From Macrostomum lignano (taxonomy: Eukaryota), in NCBI GenBank assembly GCA_002269645.1, contig NIVC01004147.1, positions 1-58,018 on the forward strand: a stretch of DNA of 58,018 nucleotides. Reading direction: 5' to 3'. Each line of letters starts with the position of its first letter. The first letter of the stretch is position 1. Shown piece by piece: positions 22,352 to 34,396 of the stretch. A program made the translations under genes and the position numbers. The notes beneath the pieces were generated by a model. The model did no database searches. It saw nothing but the letters and a program-made list of their open reading frames with translations, and was not told the DNA's origin.

Positions 22352-23872
22352 ATGGCCTTCGAGTCGCCTATGGATAACCAAACTAATTCTAGGGACGGGG
22401 ACCCTTCTAAACCCCAACCTCAGTCCGAAGGACCGGCCGGCCCTGCTGGCAGATCCCAACCGACTGATTCAACTGTGGCAAAGGAAGGACCGGCTGGCTC
22501 TGCTGGCAGATCCGACCAGAGCTACCAAACTCATAATACCCAAAGACCTGCCAGCTCCGCTGGTGGATCTAAGGGAACCGCGAGCTCTGAGCCTAAAGGA
22601 CCGGCCAAATCTGGCAGATCCGATGAAGCTCAGCGAGCTCGGCTTGAGCGCAAACGCGCTAAACAACGCGCCAAAAGGCAGGCCAAGAAGGGAGCTGCGG
22701 GGGCCAAAGCGGCGGCGTCCACCATGGATGCTGAAGCGACTGGCGTCCCAAGGCAACCAGACGGGCCGGCCGGTGGAAGCTCCGGTAGTTCAGCGGCGGC
22801 GCTCCCTGGAGATGCTGCTGCGGCTGCTGAGGCCGAAACCACGGCGCAACAAATGGCCACTGCCAACAAGGAGGTTCCTTCGGGAGCTACCTTTGCGGCG
22901 AAGGCCAAGGCCAAAATCCCGGGAGTGATCATCCAAGGTCGCGACCAGGACTGGACCACTGATCAGCTTCAAAAAGTGTGGAGTGCTGTTGACTCCTATC
23001 TGATTGAGCTGACTGTCGAGGAGGGAATCTCCATCGGCATTGAGCGGATGGTGCTGCGAAGCACATTCGTTCTTATTGCTCCTAGCAGCGAGGAGGACGC
23101 TCGGCAGCTGCTTCAGCGGCTACCGACGGTCTCCTTGGATGCTGACCTTGGCGGAGCTCTTTTTCTTCGCGAGGGCCAGCGTCCAAAGACGATACCCTAT
23201 GTGGTTTTCGTCCCTGCTAAGAGCACCGCAGCTGGACCAGACGTTATTCGCCGGGTCCTACTGCGTCTGAACCCCGACCTCCCTGCTAGTGGACTGGTGT
23301 ATCACCGTAAAGTCCGCAGGGGGGAGACGGGCAACTCAATTGTCCTCGGCCTTTCCAGCACTTGGGCGAGTCGGTACCCTAATGGATCCTCTTTCCAGCT
23401 GGGTGCCCTCAAGCTCAAGATGCGCCGAGGAAAGTCTGCCAAAGGGAAGGCTACTGCCAACCCCGGCATCTCCGGCAAGAGCGGGGCGCAGTCTAAGGCC
23501 CAAGGAAAGGCGCAAGCCGATCCCAAAGCCAAAGCTGCATCTCGCCCCTCTGCTAGCAGCAGTTCGGCGACCGCGGTAACGGCTCCGGTCAAGCTCCGGG
23601 AACCAAACCTGCCAGTCGGAGAAGGAGTTGAGGACGAGGCCGGGTCTTCGGAATCCGAGCTCTCCTCAGCCACCCTGGTGGGGTCTGAAGGTAAAGATGC
23701 AGGTGAGGAAGCTTCCTCCATCCTGTCATCGGAGCCTAAGGACTCTGCTGGGGGGCCGGTGGGGGTGAGGAGGCCATGGACGTCGACCAACTCCCATCTC
23801 CCAGTCAAGCCCCAGCGGCCTGGGACGAGGACGATCTGTTGTCCAAGTCTCCTTGATGGCCCTGGGCTCTAG
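22352..23872 (+). CDS. LINE ORF1 (gag-like RNA-binding protein)
   Basis: Long ORF directly upstream of ORF2, with basic RKRAKQRAKRQAKK and an RRM-like central alpha/beta region; no clear CCHC knuckle. Confidence 0.8.
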   Translation: MAFESPMDNQTNSRDGDPSKPQPQSEGPAGPAGRSQPTDSTVAKEGPAGSAGRSDQSYQTHNTQRPASSAGGSKGTASSEPKGPAKSGRSDEAQRARLERKRAKQRAKRQAKKGAAGAKAAASTMDAEATGVPRQPDGPAGGSSGSSAAALPGDAAAAAEAETTAQQMATANKEVPSGATFAAKAKAKIPGVIIQGRDQDWTTDQLQKVWSAVDSYLIELTVEEGISIGIERMVLRSTFVLIAPSSEEDARQLLQRLPTVSLDADLGGALFLREGQRPKTIPYVVFVPAKSTAAGPDVIRRVLLRLNPDLPASGLVYHRKVRRGETGNSIVLGLSSTWASRYPNGSSFQLGALKLKMRRGKSAKGKATANPGISGKSGAQSKAQGKAQADPKAKAASRPSASSSSATAVTAPVKLREPNLPVGEGVEDEAGSSESELSSATLVGSEGKDAGEEASSILSSEPKDSAGGPVGVRRPWTSTNSHLPVKPQRPGTRTICCPSLLDGPGL

Positions 23873-23895
23873 CCAGAAATTGCATTTAATACAGT

Positions 23896-26800
23896 ATGAA
23901 TAAGCTCCACGCTGCCAAAGGAGCGACATTCTGTCTGCAAATTAATTTACAGCATTGCGTATCTGCGTCAGTAAATCTGATGAAGATTGCTGAGCTGTAC
24001 AGGCCAGGCCTCATCCTGATCCAGGAACCCTGGATGCGCAACGGTAAGTTGCCCAACATTCCCTCTGGCTACTCTGATTTTTATGTGTGTGGCCCGGGGA
24101 ACAGCCGCCCTAGAGCGGCTATCCTCGCTGCTAGCCATCTCCAGGCTTGGCTGAGGACTGATCTCTCTGATGGAGACCTTTGCGTCATCCAATCTAATCA
24201 TTTCTCTCCGCGTACGTGTCTTGTTGCCTCGGTTTATATCCCAGGCGACAGAGACCCTGCTCCTGAGAGTTTACTGCGCCTCGCGCAGTACTGCGAGTCC
24301 CAGAACGCTGAGCTGTGCTTAGGGGGCGACCTCAACGCGCACCACAAGCACTGGGGCAGCAAAGATACCAACACTAGAGGAGAGGAGCTTCTGGCCCTCA
24401 TCTCTAACACAAACCTCATGCTCTGCAACCGCGGCAGCACTCCTACCTTTAATAATGGCAGATGGACCGAGGTCCTCGACGCCACACTCGTTACCCCAAG
24501 ACTCTTTTACAGAGTTGAGGAGTGGAGAGTCTGGTCTGAGGAGCCCTCCCTGTCTGACCACTGCTTTATCGCCTTTAACATCGCGGACACTAAAACCCAG
24601 TCTCCGATCACTTGGAGGCGCAATATCCGCAACACTGATTGGGCGGCCTACAAGGCTGCCCTTGATCTGCACCTGCAGGAACTCACGGACTTACGTCCGA
24701 TTGAGACCTGCGAGGATGTGGATCATATGGCTGAGACGCTGACAGGTTGCATTATTGCAGCCTACGTAGCGGCTTGTCCTGCTCGCGCCTACAAAGGCAA
24801 GACCTCGGCGCCGTGGTGGAACCCGGAGCTGGGGAAACTCAGGCGGAAGGCCAAAAGCCTTCATCGCCGTGCCATGAAGACCGGAAACCCGGAGGACATG
24901 GAGCTTTTCCGGCAAGCCTCCCGCAATTTCAAATCTGAAGTGCGCAAGGCCAAGGAATGTAAGTGGCGCCAATTCTGCAATGAATTGGATCAAGACAGAC
25001 CTACTTCCAGGCTTGTCAAGGCCCTTACAATGGACAAAATGTCCAAATTAGCCATGATCAAAAAAGATGATGGCTCTCTTACTAAAGACCCTGAAGAAGT
25101 GCTTCAGCATATGCTTAGCACATTCTTCCCGAGGGTACCTACTGCTAGACCGGAGCCCAACCATTCGATGGATGGAGCCACCCTAGCGGCGGGCATTGTC
25201 ACTGAAGACCTAATCGCTCGTGCGGTCAGAACCTTCAAACCCTTCAAATCTCCTGGACCTGATGGTATCTACCCTGTTCTCCTTCGTGAAGCAGCCAAGA
25301 TACCCTCGTTCCTGAGACTCACCCGCAATCTTATGCGGGCCTCTATCCAGCTGGGATACGTTCCCAAATGCTGGACTGAAGCTCGGGTAGTCTTTATTCC
25401 CAAACCTGGGAAGGGTGACTACCAAAGCGTCAAGGCCTTCCGGCCTATTAGCTTAACGTCAGCGATGCTTAAGCTCACTGAGAGGCTTATTCTCTGGCGG
25501 CTGCTGTCCTGCGAGCTGACAGCGATGCCCCTCAGCAATAATCAGCACGCCTTCCGTACCGGGAGGTCGACTGACAGCGCCCTGCATGCGATTGTCGAGA
25601 AGATTGAAAGGGCGGTACTGGGTGACGGTTACGCTCTGGCTCTCTTTCTTGACATTGTTGGCGCCTTCGACAACGTTATCTTTGAAGCGTTTCAGAGGGC
25701 CCTTCAAAATCGCAAAGCTCATGCTACCCTCATACGGTGGATCATGTACATGATCTCCAACCGTACGGTCACTGCCCAACTTCTTGGGCAAACTGCCTCC
25801 ACCAGAGTCTGTAAGGGTGGACCCCAAGGCGGAGTCCTCACCCCGACGCTCTGGAACCTGGTCATGGACGCTCTTTTGAGTGACTCCCGACCCGACCCCG
25901 TCTTCAAAGTCGGGTATGCTGATGACGTCACGGCCATTGTGGCAGGACCGTCTCCCAGCACGCTCAGGGATCTGATGCAGAGCTTTATCCGCAAAGCAGA
26001 ATCCTGGGCCAATGACAATGGTCTGGAACTCTCTGAGCCCAAAACCGTTGCCATTATGTTTACCAGCAGACTACGCTGGAACATACGTCCTCTGCAGCTC
26101 TACGGCAGAGATATTGCCTTCGCGCACCAGACCAGATGTCTCGGGGTCATACTTGACCACCGGCTCAACTGGTCCTCCCACGTGAAAGCAAAAGCCAAGC
26201 GTGCCTCAGCCATCCTGGCCCAGCTCCGACGAGCACTTGGCACTTCTTGGGGTCTATCCCCAAAGCGGCTTTGGTGGATCTATACTTCCGTAGTTAGACC
26301 TGCCATTACGTACGCCTCTGTTGTCTGGGTTAGCGCTACCCAGGTCAAAAGCCATGCAGACCTGCTCAACACGATCCAAGGCAGAGCGTGTAGGCTCATC
26401 TGCAACGCCACCAGGTCCACGCCCTTTGCTGGCATGGGGGCCTTCCTTAATCTTCCGCCTCTTGACCTCTTCATCAGGGGTGAGGCGGCTAGAACGACGC
26501 GGCGTCTAATTGATGCCGGCGTCAAATTCATTTACATGAGAGCACCTGCTAAGCGGAACCTTGTCCCGCATAGCGATCTGTGCCTCAACTTTCTCAACGA
26601 GTGTCAGGCCAATCGCGTCTTCACCGATGGCATTGCCTCAACGCTCAACCTGAGACAGCGCTACTCCGTAGCTATCGACCGCGCGATAACATCAATGACC
26701 AATGGAACCCTGGTGAGCTTCATTGCTACACCGACGGTTCTAAGCAGTCAGCCAACACCGGCTTTGGTGTTGGAATCTTTCTGAACGGGAGGGTCATCGC

Positions 26801-27635
26801 TACCCACGCTCAATACACTGGGGTCAACTCCAGTGTTTTCCAAAATGAAGTTCTGGCCATCAGCTCCTGCACTGCAGAGCTTCTCGCCACTGGCGTTACT
26901 GGTAAGAACATCATTTTCCATTCGGACAGCCAAGCTGCCTTGCACGCCATCAGTGGCTGCAGCACCAACTCTGCTACAGTCCTCGACTGTATCAAACTCC
27001 TCAACGTGTTGGGTTCCGCCAACAAAATTACCCTTAAGTGGGTTCCGGGGCATGTGGGGATCCGAGGAAATGAGTTGGCTGACACCCTTGCAAAAGTTGG
27101 TGCCTCCGGCTCCTCTCTCGGCCCCGAACCTCTTGTCCCGATTCCTGGCTGTGTCATCGACTCGCGCATCAAAGTGTGGATCAGGACTCAGCACCGCTCG
27201 ACTTGGGCGAACCGCACGAACTGCAGGCAATCCAGAGGCGCTGTCCCTCAGCCCTCTCACCAGCTCCGGAAGCTCCTCTTGCGCCTCTCGCGCAGAGACA
27301 TCCGGGCTGCCACCATGACCCTCTCTGGTCACGGCTGCTTCTCCAGGCACCAGTACCTGCAGGGCAACGCCACCAACGCCACCTGCAGTTTCTGCAACTC
27401 AGGTGACGAAACCGCTGAGCATTTCGTCAGCATCTGTCCCGCCTTCACGCGGGCCAGACTCACTTACCTCGGGCCACACACATCTATTACTGAAGCGTGC
27501 AAACCCGAAAACTTTAATCAGCTCATGCGCTACCTTCGGGCCACCCGCAGGGCTGAACTCTCCTTTCCAGAGAGCATTATAGCTGCTGGCGACACTGGGG
27601 GACCTCCCTGGGCGGCGCCAACCCTCCGTCCATAG
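23896..27635 (+). CDS. LINE ORF2: AP endonuclease, reverse transcriptase, RNase H (single -1 frameshift near 26680)
   Basis: QINLQH, IQEPW, GDLNAHH, SDH; KSPGPDG, FRPISL, LDIVGAFD, PQGGVL, YADD; YTDGSK, HSDSQAAL, WVPGHVGIRGNELAD; C-terminal CSFC...ETAEHF..C. Confidence 0.97.
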
Positions 27636-28168
27636 CGACGCATCGGCCGTTCAGGGACTAGCGGAATGGGCGCTCGCGCCTTCCCGCTGTGTCCCCTCCG
27701 GGACAGCCCTGCAGCTAAGTCAAAGTAAGTCAAAAGGCTAAAAGCACTATCGAAATTTTGTACGGCTAAAAACAGCTCGCTGCATCTCTGTTACTAATAA
27801 ACAGTTTTTGACGCAGCCACCTCTCGAAGATGAAAGTTTCGAAACACAGTGTCTACTTTTAGCAAAAAAACTATGCTGCTTCATATTTGAAAAGGCGCAA
27901 TTAATAATCGTTTGCGTTGTGGAAGTCTTACGTAGACAATATCCCATTTCCCCGAATGCTTTCGTCTTCTTATTCGACGAAAGGGAATTGACCAACGAGA
28001 ATAGATGGCGGGATCTGGAGAGGGAGCTTTTGTGAGCTGCCCCAGTCAGCTAGTTAGTTGAAGACATGCGCTGACTTCCGCTTCCCTGCTGTTAAGACTG
28101 CAAATGCTCTACTCCGCCTCCGCGCGGCACCTAAGCGACTCAACAGCCAGTAGCAACCAGTTGTTGTC

Positions 28169-31100
28169 ATGCGGAGCAGCGGCGACAGCGGCGGCATCGC
28201 GGGCAGCGGGAAGCTGCGCGCTCATCTCGCCTCTCTGTTTGCTCACTCGACTGTCCACGGAATCTCTCATGCCGCGTCAGCTCCTAGCCGCCTAGAGAAG
28301 ATTTTCTGGCTAGCCCTCGTCCTAGGCGGACTAGCTGCATTCGTCGCCAACGTGTCGTTGATCACAAATCGCTACCTCCACTTTCCTGTGCTCACCGCGC
28401 ACCATCCCAGTAAAGACGTTTTTGTCTGGCCCGATGTGACCTTCTGCGACAACACACCCGTTTTCCTTGGCGACAACCGAACGTATAGCATCTTCCAGGA
28501 GGCCATCGACGATTTGGTGTCGAATCCTCGAGTGCAAAATCTTACCGCCACGTTGGAAACGTTCCTTCAAGGTGATTCACGCGAACGGATCCTGGACGAG
28601 ATGTTGAACACGCTGGTTAGATCTATTGCCCTGTCCACCCTGAACAGCTCGGTGTTCAGTGACACGCTGTCAAACAGCTTGTTGGCTGCCGTCTCCTACA
28701 AGTTGCACAACGAGCTCATCCAGAGTGAGGTTAACATCGACTCCAACTGGCTGCCGCTGACTGTGAGCGGCCAAGCAGATGAAGGATTCCACAGCTGCAG
28801 TTTTGTGATGCGGTTCCGGTGCGCCTGTCACACTCTGAGATTGAACGAGCTCACCAATCAAGGAAATCTGCAAGCAGTCGACTCGCTGCAATTCGTTATC
28901 AAAGGCAACTATTTGTCCTATTTGAGATTCAACTCGTCTAATTATCAGTACGGTGGCCGGGTGTTCATTCACAAGCCTGGCACGCTGCCAGAGGACGGCC
29001 GACAGATTGAGACACCACCGGGAGTGGCGACCACCGTGTTTCTAGAACAGCGACGGCACCAGATGCTTCAGGCGAAAAGCAACTGTCGACAGGACGTGAT
29101 GCCAATGCCTGTCTATGACTATTTCTTGCGCGAGACCCGAGTGTATAACCTGAGCTACGGACTTTGCCATCAAGCGCTGTCGCAGAGGATCTTCTACGAG
29201 CGCTGCGGCTGCTACAACCCGCACCTGATGGTGCCCCGCCTGAACGATAAGCAGCCAATGCTGTGCTTCAACGTCTCCCAATTTCGGATTGAGGGTGTGG
29301 AAAAAAATCTACGCTGTTTGGATGCAACGGCCAGGTTCTTCCGCAATGAGTAAGTTTTGGTTTTACGATCCGGTCGTCTTAGTCAGGACCAGGATGTAAT
29401 AAAATGTTATTTTATTTGTCATTTGAAAGCAAAGCTTTTTATGCTGATGCTTTCGCATTTAAATTCTAAAGATCAATTTTCTACTTTTCTAATTTGTGAT
29501 CCCCCTGAGATCGCAAAGGCAAGGCAAGGCCCACCCCCTGAGATAATTTATTAGCAGCAGCTGCAGCTAATAAATCACGGAAAATGCCTGCTCGCTTTTC
29601 TCTTTGGGCCCGGATCTTGACTTAATAATCAGTGCTGCAGTACCAAATCAATGTTATACTTATTTTGCAAGCAGTACACTTATTACAATGCTACAACTAA
29701 AACGTACGAGTCAGTCTGGGGGATTTCTAATATAGAAATGAAATAAATTATTGCTTCGGTTTTAAGGGCTTTCTAAACGGACAACTGTCACGGATATAGT
29801 CAATTATGCAGTTTTATGATGCAAAGAATAAAAACTTTTTTCATTCTCTTGGACTTGTGACTTTCGAAAATCAAATTAAGCCAGTAAATGCTGGATATGA
29901 GCGATGGCTGATGTCTTGCGGGCTTCCTGATTGGTCAATAAAATTGACATTTTCTCGGAGTTCCCGATAGTAAAAAATATTGCAAGGATTTGAAGCACAG
30001 AAAATATAGATTTAAATCTTGACGACTATTTATAACCAACAATAAATCCATGCTCAAAGTAGCACGCCTCATAAGAGCGAAGTAGCCTAATCAATACTAG
30101 ATATTGCTATCCTTTAAACTCACTTAATTCCCTCAGCTATTCCGGCATCGATGTTTTCCTTAGGCCCTAAAATCTGAATACAACTCCATGTTCGCAGATT
30201 GACAGCTGGTTCTAGTCCATGAGAGTTCACACAGGAATGACGTTGAACAACTGTTTTAATGCCAAGCTGATCCAGACATGCCAAAATTATTTTGCTAGAT
30301 TAACACAAATTTAGGCCAAACTGCAATCAAGAAATGGGGTTCTAAGAAAGCGGAGTTTTTTATTTCGCTGATTCAACTCTAGCGTCAAATACGCTCGTAC
30401 ATAATATTCACAGGTCGAACTTCAGACCGCTACTTGAGCGCCAGTGCGACCATCTGAAGAGGCCGGAATGCGACAGTCTGACCTGGGATGTGGACAGTCA
30501 GCGCGAAATGTACAGGGAGATGTGGTCAGAAATGGCCAATCCGGCCAGGCTGCACTTCATTGCGGACGTGTTAAAGTTCGTATTGCTCAATTCCTAAACT
30601 TTATTACTAAAATCGTAAAATAGAGCGTAGGCCTAAACTTTCAGACATCGCATTGACGTAGTCAATGTGTGTGTTGTGTTTTATGCGTTGATTCAGCGTT
30701 GAGCCGAAAGCTTTTATTAAAAGAGCATAGCTTAAGTTGAATGTATATTTTGTTTAACGATATAAGTCAAGGCAAGCCTTTATAGAGTCAGTCGATAGCT
30801 GTTTGGGACACAGACAAATAAATTAACGCTGGGACAACGACTGAAAATAAAAGTACGTTGGATTCGGAGCGGTATTGTTACCTACCGATATAAGATACAT
30901 CAGTGTGGTATTGCTACCTGCAATCACCAGAGTTTATTTAGTCGAGAAATTCTTCACCCGCGAATTTTCGCTGCAAAGTTACGCTCGTAACTTCAGAAAG
31001 CATCTCTGACATTCTGAAGTTTTTTATTCTTGGCTGTAAAATCTGAAAACACGAGGGTTGTCCGGTGGTCTACAGGACTGATGCCTATTTTTAAAACAGC

Positions 31101-32303
31101 AGCAAACGTCTTACAAAACAACAATTAGTTTTCAAATGTCTCCAGCTACGCCACTACACCTCTTCCAGCTAGTCCTTCACTGTATCAAAAGCCTCAGCAA
31201 GCGCTGAGGTGGGTATGTGGTCCGTAACTCTCTCCCAGACAGTCTTTCTTCACCTGCTCGGCTTCAAGTCTGCTGGACGCTGAAGTTGACTTTTCGAACC
31301 GGCCAAAGAATCCGCTGCTGGTGCTAATTTACCATGTAGGCGAGTATAGGCTGGGTGCGACACCACCTGGATGCTGTCCTGGCCAGATGCTCGGCCTTGT
31401 TCCTCACCGACACAGCGGGGTGCGTTCTCCAGGCTTGCGCTTGCGACCCAACCTTGCAGACACCATGCTTCAGCTGCAGATCAGGGACCAGGATCTCATC
31501 AACCAGGAACATCATGCTTCAGCTGCAGATCAGGGACCAGGATCTCATCAACCAGGAACATCATGCTTCAGCTGCAGATCAGGGACCAGGATCTCATCAA
31601 CCAGGAACATCATGCTTCAGCTGCAGATCAGGGACCAGGATCTCATCAACCAGGAACATCATGCTTTAGCTGCAGATCAGAGACCAGGATCTCATCAACC
31701 AGGAACATCATGCTTCAGCTGCAGATCAGAGACCAGGATCTCATCAACCAGGATCTGTTCTGCAGCTGAAAACCAGTTCTGTCTCAGAATTGCTAATAAT
31801 TGGCCAATTCTTATTCCAGATCGGTGACAGGGAAATCAGAAACCAACAGTCGGGCCTTACTGCGCCGTGGCAAGCTGGAGGTGAGCAATCTGATTCTCAC
31901 AGCGGCCTCGAATCGCGGCGACGTCACAATTGAAGAGGCTGAGTACCCGCTGTCGCAGTTTCTATCCGACATCGGCGGCCTAATGGGGCTGTACCTGGGC
32001 GTGTCCGTGGTTGGTCTCTGCGAACTAATCGAAGTTTTGGTGCTACTAGTTAAAACACTGTTGTGCCGGAGTTTGCCAAGCCTGTTGAACTGCATGTACA
32101 GAGGCCACGGTGGCGATGTTGGAGGCGACGGCGATGGCAACCTACGACGGGACGACAGCAGCGGGTCAACTTGCAAAGCACCCTGGCAACTGCAGCAGCA
32201 GCAGCGGCGGCTGATGTTAGAAAAAGAGAAGACAACGAACAACAGCGGAGGCTGTGACTATGGCACAGCAGACGAATATTTCACTTTGGCTACTGGTGTC
32301 TGA
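28169..32303 (+). CDS. DEG/ENaC/ASIC-family ion channel; exons 28169-29349, 30414-30575, 31820-32303
   Basis: Pre-TM1 STVHG motif, TM1, WPDVTFCDN, Cys-rich ectodomain, TM2 FLSDIGGLMGLYLGVSVVGLCELIE; GT-AG junctions all in phase 2. Confidence 0.92.
31050..31460 (-). pseudogene. Mariner transposon 3' remnant in DEG/ENaC intron 2
   Basis: Decayed HPAY(SP) motif, C-terminal WKRC...GD.FE*, and TIR-like CACGAGGGTTGTCC at 31050. Confidence 0.55.
31464..31753. repeat. 49-bp tandem repeat, ~6 copies
   Basis: CATGCTTCAGCTGCAGATCAGGGACCAGGATCTCATCAACCAGGAACAT starting at 31464, 31513, 31562 and so on. Confidence 0.95.
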
Positions 32304-34396
32304 AGATTTTACTGTCGTTGCTTGTCACACAAAATCATTCACTCGTCCCTGAAGTACATTTGTCTGTCAAATTTTCTCCTGTACTAGAGTAAAGTTTTAG
32401 GTCAATATGGAACCGATGCAGTGTAATTTGTATCGATGAGTTGTTTATTGCTTTATTTTTTAACTAATTTTCTATACCAAGGCTGTGCTGCGAACCAATT
32501 TTACAAGTTAACGAGTCCAGTAATTTTTGGGGCTCCCGGATTCAGCTGCGTAAGTCTTCTTAACCGCGCTACTTATGTTTATCTTCCAAAATTCTGAATT
32601 GGAAGCATATGGTCAACAATAGGACGGCTTGACACACTACTGTTCAGGAGTAGAGTCACACGCTTGTTTTGAAAAACAACAATATAACAAAGCACAGTAG
32701 TAAATATAACAAAGCAGGATAGAATCAGAGTACATTTTTCGAGCTTCTAAATTTGTCTCCATAAGTGAGATTCAAACTCTTAGGAGCGCAGTGTCTGCAT
32801 CTTCACTCTCAGTCAGCAGGTGCATAACCGCTGATCTATAAGGACGTCACCCGGGCATACGCAGTAGTGCATCTAGACTTGACGGTACTCTAATGTTAGT
32901 TAAAAACCTAGTAATTCAGTAAAATAATATTGATAGTCTCAGTATATCAGGATGGCCTTTGAACACGCTTGCGCAACGCCTTCGGTAACAAATCCTTTCT
33001 TAGTTCTTTCTTTCTTCCAATCACATTACTCGAGATTTGCGACTGTCAGATGCGTTTACCGTTGATCTGCTCTGCCCAAAAAGGTGAAATAAATTTTCCG
33101 TTTACCTAAATATGAGATGCTCTGGTATTAAAATTAATTGCAGACTACACGACACGACCATGAAATTTATATATGTTATAGATCTCTTTGAGTTTTTTAT
33201 TCATTTCTATATCCAGGCAACTCCCAGCTTCCCAACTATTTTTATTAGGATAAGCCTATTTAATTAGTCAGCCGTGTGTCCAGGTGCAGACAGGAGGCGT
33301 CATTAGCATGCGCGAGCCTGGGAAAGGGGGCGCGGGTGATTGCTAAGCCAAGCCAAGGACACCGCGAACTAAAATTTGGAGCAGCAACGACTTTTACAAC
33401 GCCTAGATTCATGTACAAACTGCACACTATAAGATCTGGAGAGGAGAGAATAGAGAAGAGAGGAGATCAGAAAGAAAAGAGCTGAGAAGAGACACAAACC
33501 TTGAGCTATTGTGAAGTTTCAAAGGACCTGAGGGCCGGATAGAGAGGCTTTCCGGGCCGCATGATTGCTAACCGATGAGTTAAATGGTTTAGAATCCGAT
33601 TGTTTTCTAAAGAAATGCCGGGAAAACTGCTCGGATTGAGTTTTATCAAAAACTGAGAATTTAAATTCTATAAAGCGTCTTTGCAAGGATACAGTGAACT
33701 TTCAGTTTACTAACGACAGCATCAGACATTGGAATTAGCAATTTCTCAGTCAGAAATTTGCGTGTTGTCTATGGCCCAACTTATCTTTGCCCTGAAGGAT
33801 TTCAACTTTGCAACTGTCCGTTTTCTAAACTTAGCCTTGCGCTAAGAGTTGGTCGGCATCGGCAATACAGATTGTCGTTTCAAGGGCTCCTTGGTTACAA
33901 AAATGAGCGTTACAAAGGCTGAGCTGAGGTAAGACAGGTTACAGCGAGCCGCGGGTCACGCTCTCGACTGAACGAGTTCAAATAAAGAAACAGAGGAAGA
34001 GGAGGGGGATAGAGAGACAGAGGGAAGCGCAGGCGGCTTAGGCGAGGGCATAGGAAGTTGTAGGCACTGGCGTTATCTGCACAAGTCTGCACTGAGTAGT
34101 AAACAGGGATTCGATAATGGAAAGAAAAGAAATAAGGAAGGGGAGAGAAAGAGAATTTGGGGAGCGCGCAAGGAGTCTGGGTGTGTGAGCAGGCTGCTGA
34201 TTAGCTACTGAGCTCCGAGTGCAAATCCCTGGGATGGCACTTTCACCCCTGCCTAACCAGCATTGCCTCAGCGCCGGTCACTGACTGGCCGGGAGATCCC
34301 CATTTGAACTGAGCACGTCCGAATGAGCAGCACAAATTTTTGGCTTCGAAATCGCTTCTTCTTCTTCTTCTTCTTCTTCTTATTCATTCTTTGAGG

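Larger units (their letters stand above)
21880..27734 (+). mobile_element. Full-length non-LTR retrotransposon (LINE), LOA/R1 group with RNase H; 5' boundary approximate
   Basis: GC-rich 5' UTR, ORF1, ORF2 (APE-RT-RNase H), structured 3' UTR and short tail TAAGTCAAAGTAAGTCAAA. Confidence 0.9.

Noticed and set aside
32760-32850. Second tRNA-like SINE head on the minus strand
   Set aside because: Box A- and B-like strings are too degenerate to call.
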